DNA from: a virus
Taxonomy: Duplodnaviria > Caudoviricetes
Virus record (IMG/VR): IMGVR_UViG_3300031949_000101
Span: 1-38,316 of that record
Length of the DNA: 38,316 nt
Reading direction: 5' to 3' (one strand)
This document shows, one piece after another, positions 1-8,137 of the stretch (positions within the stretch are counted from its first letter, which is position 1; each line of letters begins with the position of its first letter). A program made the position numbers and the translations under genes. The notes under the pieces were generated by a model. The model worked only from the letters and a program-made list of their open reading frames with translations, had not been told where the DNA came from and ran no database searches.

Positions 1-155
1 CTCCGAAGCCGCCTCCGCCGACCCCCCCCCCTCCTCCTCCTCCTGGGAGGCCGCCGCCGCCATATCCTGGGGGGCCACCGCCACCGAAGCCGCCGCCGCC
101 GAAACCACCCCCTCCTCCTCCTCCTGGGAGGCCGCCGCCGCCATATCCTGGGGGG
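1..155. repeat. 81-bp coding tandem repeat (27 aa PPGYGGGGLPGGGGGGGFGGGGFGGGG), left end
   Basis: catatcctgg at 61 and 142; same unit at 38115-38316; first ~35 nt degenerate. Confidence 0.9.
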
Positions 156-535
156 GCGGCGGCTACGGCGAGGGAGCTGGAAGAAGCGTCGGGGCCAAAA
201 ATGCCCCCTGAGAGAACATCATTACCGGGAGCAAATAGAGGAGGCGCGTTGCCTCCACCGTATAGGGTAGGCGGATTCTGGGGCCTGGGAGAAGCGCCAC
301 GGGGGAGGCTGCCACCGCCGTAGCCGGGGACTCCTCCGGGAGGGCTTACGCCGCCGCCGCCTCCTCCTGGGAGGCCACCGCCGCCGCCGCCGCCACCCAT
401 CAGGAAGTTACCGCCGCCGGTGCCGACGCCCATGGGCCGCGCGTTCCGCATCCTATCCCGTGTCCAGTAGTTCGGGTTACCGCCGCCGCCGCCGGTGGGG
501 GGAGGGACCAACCTATCTTTGAGCTTGTTTGCCAT
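1..535 (-). CDS. Gly-rich low-complexity protein, N-terminal part (continues at the other window end)
   Basis: My translation from ATG 535 (AAGGA upstream): MANKLKDRLVPPPTGGGGGNPNYWTRDRMRNARPMG...PPGYGGGGLPGGGGGGGFGGGGFG; open to position 1; absent from the ORF track because there is no stop. Confidence 0.85.
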   Translation of the reverse strand, partial: MANKLKDRLVPPPTGGGGGNPNYWTRDRMRNARPMGVGTGGGNFLMGGGGGGGGLPGGGGGGVSPPGGVPGYGGGSLPRGASPRPQNPPTLYGGGNAPPLFAPGNDVLSGGIFGPDASSSSLAVAAAPPGYGGGGLPGGGGGGGFGGGGFGGGGPPGYGGGGLPGGGGGGGVGGGGFG

Positions 536-564
536 AACACCATTTCCTTACCTGATTGTTGCAG

Positions 565-1227
565 TTAGCTCTTTACCGCACGGGGGAGGTCAAGGCCGGG
601 AAATCCGTCACGGACCCACTCTCCCGCCTGGTCCTTACGTGCGCCGCTACGATTCCCGGCTTGTCCTAACTGCTGTAGTAAGACGCTGAGGTTAGCCACC
701 GCGCCAGTTATGTCGTAGTATTTAAGTAACGAGTCATAGAGCGCATAGTGTACGAGCGCGTCCTGGCTCTGCTCCGGGATGTCCCACATGTCGTCGTCGC
801 CGAGGTTATCTTGTGGCCATGCGACGTAGTCGACCCGTAGCCATCCACCACCCTCCGCCGTTCGTGGCCAGATAACGAACACGTCCCACGAAAGCGGGCA
901 CCATACCTCTGGATCGCCGGTTACCGTATCCCATTCCAGATGATAGGCATCCAGCTCCTTGAGGCTGAGGGCAGTCAATCGCCGTTCGTCACGCTGAGAC
1001 CAGATGCGGTAAGGGAAGAGCATATCCTCCGTGATCGCCTGCGTGTAGTAGTACGAGCAGCCGGGCTGCAAAGGGACAATCACCGACCGCTTGATTGCCC
1101 GCGTCTCCTCCACCAAGACCTCGGCGGCTTCCAGAATGGATCGATCCACCTGCGCCGCTGTCCACGAGACGCCCATCGTGTCGTTCAGGGCATCTTGGAC
1201 TCTGGCACGCAACTCGCTCTTCTTCAC
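565..1227 (-). CDS. Head-tail adaptor / tail tubular protein A-like
   Basis: N-terminal helix pattern LRARVQDALND..W....VDRSILEA, internal ELD...W....GDP and C-terminal IPEQSQDALVHYAL are typical of podovirus adaptors; position after the head genes. Confidence 0.65.
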   Translation of the reverse strand: MKKSELRARVQDALNDTMGVSWTAAQVDRSILEAAEVLVEETRAIKRSVIVPLQPGCSYYYTQAITEDMLFPYRIWSQRDERRLTALSLKELDAYHLEWDTVTGDPEVWCPLSWDVFVIWPRTAEGGGWLRVDYVAWPQDNLGDDDMWDIPEQSQDALVHYALYDSLLKYYDITGAVANLSVLLQQLGQAGNRSGARKDQAGEWVRDGFPGLDLPRAVKS

Positions 1228-1542
1228 TTAGATGTCCCCAAAGAAATGCACGGCGGTTACGCCATTGTCCGCAATAGGCGGCTCCAAGGGCATGCCGGTA
1301 TGTCGCATATCCTCTTGCCGGACCCGTGCCCAGTTCGGGCCAAAGTCTTCCGACAGCAGGCCGAGCGCGTGTAAGGTGGGGATTACGTATTCCGGCGTGG
1401 TATCAGAGCCAGACTCGAAAGTTGCCCATGGCAAAATCCGCATGAGCGCGGCGCCTCCTCTGTTCGGACTCTCGCGGTTCACGCCACGATCTACCAGCAA
1501 GGTGACTATTCCGCTCTTCATATCGGCGTCAGATAAAGCCAT
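1228..1542 (-). CDS. Hypothetical (probable virion) protein
   Basis: AGGAG RBS before ATG 1542 (MALSDADMKSG...); abuts neighbours in the late operon. Confidence 0.6.
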   Translation of the reverse strand: MALSDADMKSGIVTLLVDRGVNRESPNRGGAALMRILPWATFESGSDTTPEYVIPTLHALGLLSEDFGPNWARVRQEDMRHTGMPLEPPIADNGVTAVHFFGDI

Positions 1543-1552
1543 GTTCGGACTC

Positions 1553-2290
1553 CTATTTCTTGTACGTTGCGGCGATCGGCTCACCGTCTGCTATATCAAT
1601 AAGCTTTAGCGGCTCCCCTGGCAAAGGGGCAGGGCGGCCAAACACCTGATATTCCCATGCCGCATACTTAATTGGCACCGTAGCAGGCTTGTGGCGTGAG
1701 AGATATTCCGCTACCGCCTCGGGACTCTTCAGCACGTAGAGATAGGCGGTAATCTCCTCGATCCCATTCCACATGAAGGGCAGCCAGTCCCATAACCAAA
1801 TACGCCACCACCACCGCCTCAGCTTGCGAGCAATGAAACCGGCAAGCCGGAGCTGAACAACCTCAACGCCGTACGGCCATTGCCAGGCGTCGTGCTGGTG
1901 ATTCTTTACGGCCTTAGCATAGCCAGGCTGAAGGAAGCAGAAGGAGGCCGCCACCCACGCTGTGACGTGAGTCCTATCCCAGAGAGCGGCGTCGTGCGCG
2001 CCATACGGCACGCGCAATATCACGGAAGCATTCGGCTGGGCAACACGCCACATCTCACGAAAGAAATGTTCGGGATCGTGGATGTGTTCAAGCACGTGGC
2101 TCGCATAAAAAGCTTCCACGCTGTTGTCTTCTAGCGGCCACGGCTGCAAAAGGTTGAACTCGATATCCGTGCAATCAGTCTTGTACTTGTCCTGGTTGAG
2201 CCAACCATCCAAGTGAGTGTCACCGCAGCCTAAGTGGAGACGGACAGCTTTTGGACGAGGGGGAACGAGGGAGAGAGCAGGGTTTGTCAT
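1553..2290 (-). CDS. Class I SAM-dependent methyltransferase (Methyltransf_11-like)
   Basis: LHLGCG motif I, SHVLEH, RVAQPNA..LRVP, DRTH; ATGA overlap with the upstream gene. Confidence 0.88.
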   Translation of the reverse strand: MTNPALSLVPPRPKAVRLHLGCGDTHLDGWLNQDKYKTDCTDIEFNLLQPWPLEDNSVEAFYASHVLEHIHDPEHFFREMWRVAQPNASVILRVPYGAHDAALWDRTHVTAWVAASFCFLQPGYAKAVKNHQHDAWQWPYGVEVVQLRLAGFIARKLRRWWWRIWLWDWLPFMWNGIEEITAYLYVLKSPEAVAEYLSRHKPATVPIKYAAWEYQVFGRPAPLPGEPLKLIDIADGEPIAATYKK

Positions 2291-2982
2291 GAGAGGATCA
2301 CTCCCTTCGATATCCATTCCGGGTCCTTCTTCAGCTTCTCCTCATAGGCTTCGTATCCGATGACCGCATAATCTATCTGGGCGCACCGCACGGTAGGGTC
2401 ACACCAACACTCGACACCCGCCGCTTTCGACTTGGTGAAGAAATACATGTCACTACCGTAGTTGTCCGCTTTCAGGTCAAACCACGGTTTCGGCACCCGA
2501 CTGAACACGTCACGTTTGAACAGTACGCAGCCAAGGCCTGGGCAATCCACCCTGAAGGGTCGGCCTGTAGGAAACGCATGTACTGGACTGTGAGGGTACG
2601 GATTCCCTGACTGCGTGAAGACCTTCTGGTATAAGCACGGTTGGCCATCTCCATTGCGGATGAAGTACAGCCCCGCCGCAATATCCACATCAAGCGCAAG
2701 GAGCTTGAGGATGGTATCCTCCGGCAGGATCATATCCATCTCTGTCATAAAGAGATGGGTCGCGTCCGGGTTGCCTAGGAAGTCTTCGACGAGCTGGTTC
2801 TCAGCGCTATGCGTATAGGTGCGGTCCGTTACCCCCACTCCCCCCACCTTCCCGCGCATGCTGACCGTCAATTCACGAGAGGTCACGCCCACCACGCGCA
2901 ACCAAGAATCCACGGCAGGTCGCCACAAAGGACCATATGCCGTCGAGGTGAACATCACGTTGACCGGCTTCACACCGTCCAT
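2287..2982 (-). CDS. GT-A fold (family 2-like) glycosyltransferase
   Basis: THLFMTEMDM (ExD in place of DxD), DIAAGLY, GLGCVLFKRDVF..V.KPWF, GSDMYFF, WCDPTV; start uncertain (2973/2982/3102). Confidence 0.8.
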   Translation of the reverse strand: MDGVKPVNVMFTSTAYGPLWRPAVDSWLRVVGVTSRELTVSMRGKVGGVGVTDRTYTHSAENQLVEDFLGNPDATHLFMTEMDMILPEDTILKLLALDVDIAAGLYFIRNGDGQPCLYQKVFTQSGNPYPHSPVHAFPTGRPFRVDCPGLGCVLFKRDVFSRVPKPWFDLKADNYGSDMYFFTKSKAAGVECWCDPTVRCAQIDYAVIGYEAYEEKLKKDPEWISKGVILS

Positions 2983-3212
2983 GGAAAGAATAGTATCCTT
3001 ACCTTCTCCCACCTTGTCAGCGCCGCCGGTCGTATTTTGTTCGAGATCATGCATGGGCATCCTCCTGTTTTGATCGCATTCCACGTCACGAGGCCGTGAC
3101 ACCCTTCACATCGGTAGTAACGGAATTGATTCGCGTCATATCCCTGCCCATGCCAATAATCAAAATAGGCGTGAGCCCATGTCTCAATCTGCCGTTTGAT
3201 TTTTGCCAGCAT
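2970..3212 (-). CDS. Small Cys-containing (Zn-binding?) protein
   Basis: CEGC..GGCPC; overlaps both neighbours in operon fashion. Confidence 0.6.
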   Translation of the reverse strand: MLAKIKRQIETWAHAYFDYWHGQGYDANQFRYYRCEGCHGLVTWNAIKTGGCPCMISNKIRPAALTRWEKVRILFFPWTV

Positions 3213-3459
3213 CCTTTTCCTCCTTCTTTTTCAATTTGCCGAACTCCCAATCCCCTAAGAGGTGAAAAATAGCAAGCCTGCATGCCTCAGCCAGTGTACA
3301 TTTCATTTCCTTCATAAACGCACGCAACATGACATCTCCCTCTTGGCAGAGGAAAAAACCACAAATAAACTTCTCTGCCCGCTGCCCGCTCTTATGTGCC
3401 ACCCTTACCTTAGTACTGCTGATGGCCGCTGGCGGCTCCCGGTCTGTCTTCTTCGTCAT
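3184..3459 (-). CDS. Small hypothetical protein, possibly DNA-binding
   Basis: Strong AAGGAGG RBS before ATG 3459; basic, with a helix pair (TLAEACRLAI). Confidence 0.6.
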   Translation of the reverse strand: MTKKTDREPPAAISSTKVRVAHKSGQRAEKFICGFFLCQEGDVMLRAFMKEMKCTLAEACRLAIFHLLGDWEFGKLKKKEEKDAGKNQTAD

Positions 3460-3483
3460 TTTTCGATACCTCCTTATTCCTCT

Positions 3484-3553
3484 GAGGGAAACTAGCTTAT
3501 ATTGCACGAAGGAATACTTTTTTTAACACTGTGCTATTCGTAGCCTGGTCCGT
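3484..3553. repeat. 70-bp imperfect direct repeat, copy A (copy B at 4050-4119)
   Basis: 55/70 identical by manual comparison; covers the last 18 codons, the stop and 13 nt downstream of two genes. Confidence 0.9.
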
Positions 3554-3751
3554 AAAGACAGCCCCAGGGTCGCAAGGATCATAGGCAGCGAGGAATGCAT
3601 CGCGGGACATGAGGCGCAGAGACCCGTCCGGATCGCGCACGAGAAAATCTCCCACCTGACACGTCTCGCTCCCGGGGGCGATCACGACTTCTTTAACGGG
3701 GGCAGTCATTTCCATTGCTTCTACTTCGACCGGCTTGAGACGATACTTCAT
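3497..3751 (-). CDS. Small phage protein of the widespread KYRxKPVxVEA...GDxLVR type, with a C-terminus copied from the cement gene
   Basis: MKYRLKPVEVEA...VGDFLVRDPDG...FLAAYDP then TDQATNSTVLKKVFLRAI. Confidence 0.7.
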   Translation of the reverse strand: MKYRLKPVEVEAMEMTAPVKEVVIAPGSETCQVGDFLVRDPDGSLRLMSRDAFLAAYDPCDPGAVFTDQATNSTVLKKVFLRAI

Positions 3752-3920
3752 TCCTTTTCTCCTTTGGGCGCCACCCATAGGTGCGGCGTCGCCATTCTCG
3801 GTTGCTCTTGGTGCGACAGATTTTACACGCCTGCTTGAGCCCGGACTCCGTGCGACGCCATACCGTGTTCTCTGGCGTAAACGCATGCCCGTGCACGCAG
3901 TGTGTTTTCCGTTGCTTCAT
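3693..3920 (-). CDS. Stand-alone Zn-binding domain of the kind found C-terminal in phage HNH endonucleases
   Basis: KTHCVHGHAFTPENT...CKICR motif; no HNH catalytic core. Confidence 0.7.
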   Translation of the reverse strand: MKQRKTHCVHGHAFTPENTVWRRTESGLKQACKICRTKSNREWRRRTYGWRPKEKRNEVSSQAGRSRSNGNDCPR

Positions 3921-3965
3921 CTGGAGGCAAACTACACGACGAGCCCTATGAAGGCAAGTGGGCGC

Positions 3966-4005
3966 AAAAAAGCCCCCGCAGAAAAGGAGGGAAACTGCGG
4001 GGGCT
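3966..4005 (-). terminator. Rho-independent terminator after the capsid/cement genes
   Basis: Minus strand AGCCCCCGCAG-loop-CTGCGGGGGCT followed by a T run. Confidence 0.85.
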
Positions 4006-4049
4006 GGATTCCACAGCGAGGGTAGAGGAGACCGCCGTGGAAAGTGCTA

Positions 4050-4119
4050 GAGGGAAACTAGCCTACATTGCACGCAAGAAAATCTTGCGAGTTACTGTGC
4101 TACTCGTAGCCTGGTCCGT
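4050..4119. repeat. 70-bp imperfect direct repeat, copy B
   Basis: See 3484-3553; offset 566 bp. Confidence 0.9.
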
Positions 4120-4515
4120 GATGCTCTCGCCGAGGAATGCAAAGATCGGCTGCAACGTCACCGAGGTGTTGCTCGCGAACGTGCTCAACACCGACACCAT
4201 GTAATCCACTCCACTGAACGGACGGAGCGGCACGCCTGTCGCAATCGAAGTGTCCGTCTGGAAAATGATGGACGAACTCCGGTAGCCGTACACCTGAATC
4301 AAGCCATAGGCCCCGTCAGCAATCGCCGCGTCCACGATACCCATGAACGCCCATTCATTGGACGCGTCCATGTCCCGCACCCGCACTCCGTCGATGCTGG
4401 CGCTAGCCAGCTCCATCTGGCACGTCTGATCCTTGATCATGGCCGCACCTTCGTTATTGCGCATGACAACAAACACCCTCTCAGGGTCTGTTCGATTAAC
4501 ACGTTGAAATACCAT
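4063..4515 (-). CDS. Capsid cement/decoration protein
   Basis: 150 aa, directly after the MCP and before the terminator; GIVDAAIADGAYGLIQVYG motif typical of beta-tulip cement proteins. Confidence 0.7.
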   Translation of the reverse strand: MVFQRVNRTDPERVFVVMRNNEGAAMIKDQTCQMELASASIDGVRVRDMDASNEWAFMGIVDAAIADGAYGLIQVYGYRSSSIIFQTDTSIATGVPLRPFSGVDYMVSVLSTFASNTSVTLQPIFAFLGESITDQATSSTVTRKIFLRAM

Positions 4516-4650
4516 GCTTACATCCTCAATACGTTTGTTGTGACTGGCGGAGGGTGGGCAACGTCTCCCACTCCTCCCGTTTTGTTACGTATGTCGGGGC
4601 TACCACGCCCCGCCACCACTGCCGCTTCGCTCCGAAGCGGAGCGACAGCC

Positions 4651-5805
4651 CTACGCCGTGATCGTCCGGCTGATGCCATAGAGAACGCCATTCTTTCGCC
4701 GATTGTTGACGCCCGTGCAACACATGTGAAGTATCTGTGCTACCGAAGCATCTTGATTTTCTGGACGAAGAAATGGGGTTGTGATCATGTCCGTTTGCGC
4801 GTCCACGATGTAGTCCCACGACTCGGAGTTGATGTAATACATTGTCGATACGGTCATGGTGCCGACGGCGGACACAACTTCCGCGTTCGTCTCCGGGTCG
4901 GGAACCACCTCATCCCAGATAATAGCCGCACCGCGAAACTTCAGGGCGTCGGACCCGCCAAGGATGTCGATCGTTTCCTTGCTATCGATAATGTAACGCT
5001 CGTTCGTCTGGAGGCTTCCCCAGTACGTTTCCCAGGCTACCTGATCGGAGATGATAAGGTCGACGTTCCCGCCGATACCTTTCGAGCAGTCGTTGTACAG
5101 CCCATTCATTTCCAGCTTCAGCCCCGCAAAAGTGGTGGCCGTGCTAGACTTCGCCTGGTTGCGCCAGAATGAATACGTGTTGGGGTTGATATTCCCCACC
5201 GCTACCGACCGGGAACTGTTCACGTCGATCAGTACCGCGAGGGGCAACGGGCCTGCCGCTCCACTGTCCAGACGACCCGCCCGGGCAGAGAACTGGCCAC
5301 TCGCTGAGCTTGCCCCGCTCGTAATACGGCCCGCCACCAGACAGTTATTGAGTAGTTCTTTCAAGCTGACTTCACTCTGCATGGTCTTGGCTTCGAGCAG
5401 GTCAAGCGCCTTATGCTTGCCGCTGTTCTGTCGCTTTTCCTTGCGAGAGATGGTGATCGATACGCTGAGCTGAGCCCAGTCGTAGAACGCGGACGTGATG
5501 CCGTCAGTGGGCGTAGTATCGAGTAAGCCGTACCCAGCGTAAATGTCCGCCGTGTTGTTTTGCGCATGCATCAGCGGCACTTGGACCCGTTCCCCGCCGT
5601 CTACTCTGCGCGTGCGACCTTTCGACTTGAGCCACGAAACAAGTTTATTGCCCCGCGAGATATTATCGCGCAATTTAGGCTGATAATTCCGTAACGTGGT
5701 TGTCAAAAGGGCATCGTAGTTGTCAGTCAGGGAGGAGACAACTTGCCCCTCCTCCCTGACCGCCAGGGCTACCACACCCTGCCATAGTTTCTTAAAGAAA
5801 CTCAT
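4651..5805 (-). CDS. Major capsid protein (HK97 fold)
   Basis: LLTTTLRNY...LRDNI, GGERVQVPL, Y.GY..LDT, A.YDW.Q....I.IS..E, L.FRGA.IIWDE and RPENQDA patterns; follows the scaffold. Confidence 0.92.
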   Translation of the reverse strand: MSFFKKLWQGVVALAVREEGQVVSSLTDNYDALLTTTLRNYQPKLRDNISRGNKLVSWLKSKGRTRRVDGGERVQVPLMHAQNNTADIYAGYGLLDTTPTDGITSAFYDWAQLSVSITISRKEKRQNSGKHKALDLLEAKTMQSEVSLKELLNNCLVAGRITSGASSASGQFSARAGRLDSGAAGPLPLAVLIDVNSSRSVAVGNINPNTYSFWRNQAKSSTATTFAGLKLEMNGLYNDCSKGIGGNVDLIISDQVAWETYWGSLQTNERYIIDSKETIDILGGSDALKFRGAAIIWDEVVPDPETNAEVVSAVGTMTVSTMYYINSESWDYIVDAQTDMITTPFLRPENQDASVAQILHMCCTGVNNRRKNGVLYGISRTITA

Positions 5806-5836
5806 CCTCTTACCTCTTCCGAACCTACCGGCTGGA

Positions 5837-6889
5837 CTATCCTAGTTGAGCGATCGCCGCCTCGCCCGCAATGCGAAAAGCATCGCTGCGAGAGCTTGCG
5901 TTACGAACCCGTTCCGAGACATTCGCCGATGCCGATCTTCCCACCTGCCCGCTGCCCGCGCGAAGCCGCGTCGCGTCATTCATACGCCGTACAGCCTTTT
6001 GCGTTGCCGCTGACCCTCCGGTCACAAGGTCAAACAGAAGTTCGACCTTGCTACCGTACTGAGGGTGATACAGCTCGGGGGAAGTGAAAAAATCCAGCAT
6101 ATCAGTCATCTCTTCTTCTCGCTCTTCCCAACCCGGATGTGATTCTGATAGTTGACTGGTTATCTGTTCATACGTCTGTAGCTGCTGGTTATAATGCTCC
6201 TGCTGCTGGAGCTGTTGCTGTTGCTGGCGCTCCTGTTGCTGCCCATAGTAAGACTGCAACTGTGCTTGGGCGAGGGGCGCTACAGCCTGCTGGATTGCCG
6301 CCCACATAGCCGGAGCTAACGAGGGAGCCATCCACTCCAGCTCTGGCGTTGTCGCCTTGAGCTGCTGACGCATCGATTCTACGATCTGTTGGGGCACAGC
6401 CCCGTATGCCAGCCCTTGCCGTTGCCCTTGCTGTTGCCCTTGCGGGGCAAATTGAATGCCGTGCTGCATCGCCCATTGCGCCACGGTCTGCGCGGCAAAT
6501 TGCGGGTCGTTGGTGAACCTGTCGACGATTCCCGCTTTTTCTTCAACCCCCCGGACCCTTTCCAAGGCCTGGGTATACGCCTTGTGCATCCGCCCCCAGT
6601 GCGCTTTCAGCTCTGGCGGCAGACTGGACGGGTCAACAAAGGACTCTTCTTCCATCTGCTCAGGCTGCTCGTACTGCTGCTCTTGATCGGGCTCCTCGTA
6701 TTCGCGTACCGTACTGCCGGTCGTGTCGTCAGGAGCGTCGCCAAATTCGTCTGACGATGCCTCTTGGCTATCCCCAAACGCATCCGCGCTGCTGTCGATC
6801 GTTCCCGCATCTCCTACCTGTCCGTTTTCTTCCCAGACGAGCCGCTTCGCAAAAGCAAGCAGTTTCCCCCGGTTTTGAAAAAGTCTCAT
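5837..6889 (-). CDS. Capsid scaffolding protein
   Basis: Acidic disordered N-terminus, VDPSSLPPELK..W..M.KAYT motif, Gln-rich coiled coil, C-terminal helix; immediately upstream of the MCP. Confidence 0.8.
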   Translation of the reverse strand: MRLFQNRGKLLAFAKRLVWEENGQVGDAGTIDSSADAFGDSQEASSDEFGDAPDDTTGSTVREYEEPDQEQQYEQPEQMEEESFVDPSSLPPELKAHWGRMHKAYTQALERVRGVEEKAGIVDRFTNDPQFAAQTVAQWAMQHGIQFAPQGQQQGQRQGLAYGAVPQQIVESMRQQLKATTPELEWMAPSLAPAMWAAIQQAVAPLAQAQLQSYYGQQQERQQQQQLQQQEHYNQQLQTYEQITSQLSESHPGWEEREEEMTDMLDFFTSPELYHPQYGSKVELLFDLVTGGSAATQKAVRRMNDATRLRAGSGQVGRSASANVSERVRNASSRSDAFRIAGEAAIAQLG

Positions 6890-6914
6890 AAAACACCTTT
6901 ACCCTTACTCTCGT

Positions 6915-7148
6915 TCAATGTCCAGCTTCCTCTAGGTCCTCAACAATACGCTTTGCTGCCTCCAGCTCAAGACGCGCGGTCATCCTCGCCACGTCCACGG
7001 CCATGCCGCACCCTATGCACCGCATGCCTGCCGGCGATGGAGTAGCGCCGCCACCACGCTTCCAGACCATTGTGACGGCCTGCGTAAAAAGTTCGCCGCC
7101 GCATCCGTGACATTTGAGATTCACCCAACCCGGCGTGCTCATATCCAT
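6915..7148 (-). CDS. Small Zn-ribbon protein
   Basis: CHGC...CIGC; GGAG RBS before ATG 7148. Confidence 0.65.
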   Translation of the reverse strand: MDMSTPGWVNLKCHGCGGELFTQAVTMVWKRGGGATPSPAGMRCIGCGMAVDVARMTARLELEAAKRIVEDLEEAGH

Positions 7149-7357
7149 GACTCCTGCCTTTTTCGCCTCATTTTCGTGTGGTCCTTCAGTGCTCGCGATC
7201 TGGCATCGAGCCATGCTTGTAACCGAACGAGATGTTTGCGCAGGAGTACATCTCCTCGCTCGAAGTCCTCACGGCGTAGGTCGCTAAGGAGAGCCTGGTA
7301 GTGCACAAAAGCCTCTTCGGCTGCTGCTTGTCGAGTCACCCTGTTATTCCTCCTCAC
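7139..7357 (-). CDS. Hypothetical protein
   Basis: Fills the operon gap and overlaps the next gene. Confidence 0.4.
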   Translation of the reverse strand: MRRNNRVTRQAAAEEAFVHYQALLSDLRREDFERGDVLLRKHLVRLQAWLDARSRALKDHTKMRRKRQESWI

Positions 7358-7369
7358 GAAGCGGCATGT

Positions 7370-7582
7370 TCATAATGACGTTCCTTCAGTGCTGTACAGT
7401 CGAGTGAAGATGTTTTTCGCAACGGACATCCTGGTGGCGTAATCATTGAAGTCCAGCTTTTCCCCAGCAGACGATTGCGCGTCAGTCAGCAGGCAAGCAA
7501 TAGTGGCAATGTATACGCCGGCAAACTCGTTATCGGCGGCAAACGCTTGCCACATGGTCTCTCGTGCCTCTTTTATATCCAT
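7370..7582 (-). CDS. Hypothetical protein
   Basis: 70 aa, purine-rich RBS, coupled to the upstream ORF. Confidence 0.6.
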   Translation of the reverse strand: MDIKEARETMWQAFAADNEFAGVYIATIACLLTDAQSSAGEKLDFNDYATRMSVAKNIFTRLYSTEGTSL

Positions 7583-7863
7583 TGCCCCTTCTCTCCCCGG
7601 CGCGTGCCCGCCAAGGTAACGCCAGCTTTCTTCATGAGTTTTTGATGTTGCTTCTCGCTTGTTACATACACCGGCTCATGCCCTAGGTGGTGGTCCCATC
7701 GACCACGGCCCTCCTCATAGTAGAGCATGCGGCCTCTACCGCCAATCTGGCGGACCCCTAACGCCCCGCACGCCGGGCAGAGGGCCAGCGAGTCGTTTTC
7801 GCTTGGCTCCAGGCTCTCGAAGACGTGGCCGCGCATGCATTTATAGTCATGCAACTTCCACAC
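7573..7863 (-). CDS. FmdB-like Zn-ribbon protein
   Basis: HDYKCMRGHVFE...CPACG; AGGAGGAG RBS before GTG 7863; usual position after the portal. Confidence 0.75.
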   Translation of the reverse strand: MWKLHDYKCMRGHVFESLEPSENDSLALCPACGALGVRQIGGRGRMLYYEEGRGRWDHHLGHEPVYVTSEKQHQKLMKKAGVTLAGTRRGEKGQWI

Positions 7864-8137
7864 GGGACTCCTCCTTCTCTTTTCGTCTAGCGGACACCCA
7901 CTCAACAACAGCGCTGTGACCATCGGTATCGTAGATAGTTTTGACCTCGCGCACCAAATCCCAGGGGATGCATTCCGCGTCCGCTGCCGGGCTAAAAACA
8001 TCGTTGCAATTAAAGAACAGCCAGGGGAATGGTAGTCCCGGCTCCCTTGCGAAGTAAAAAAGGTGAGATTCGCCAGCAAGCCGCACGGCGTCGTACATCT
8101 CGGGAAGGTCAGGAAGAGCGTATTTTATTCTTTTCAC
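7847..8137 (-). CDS. Hypothetical protein
   Basis: GTG overlaps the portal stop (GTGA); LFFNCNDVFSPAADAE segment looks like real protein. Confidence 0.65.
   Translation of the reverse strand: MKRIKYALPDLPEMYDAVRLAGESHLFYFAREPGLPFPWLFFNCNDVFSPAADAECIPWDLVREVKTIYDTDGHSAVVEWVSARRKEKEESRVEVA

Noticed and set aside
3484-4119. Diversity-generating retroelement TR/VR pair (repeat at a gene 3' end)
   Set aside because: Mismatches are not confined to adenines of one copy, and no reverse transcriptase is present.
4504-5473. Long plus-strand ORFs opposite the capsid gene, and similar antisense ORFs across the late operon
   Set aside because: Shadow ORFs of GC-rich coding sequence, with no recognisable motifs.
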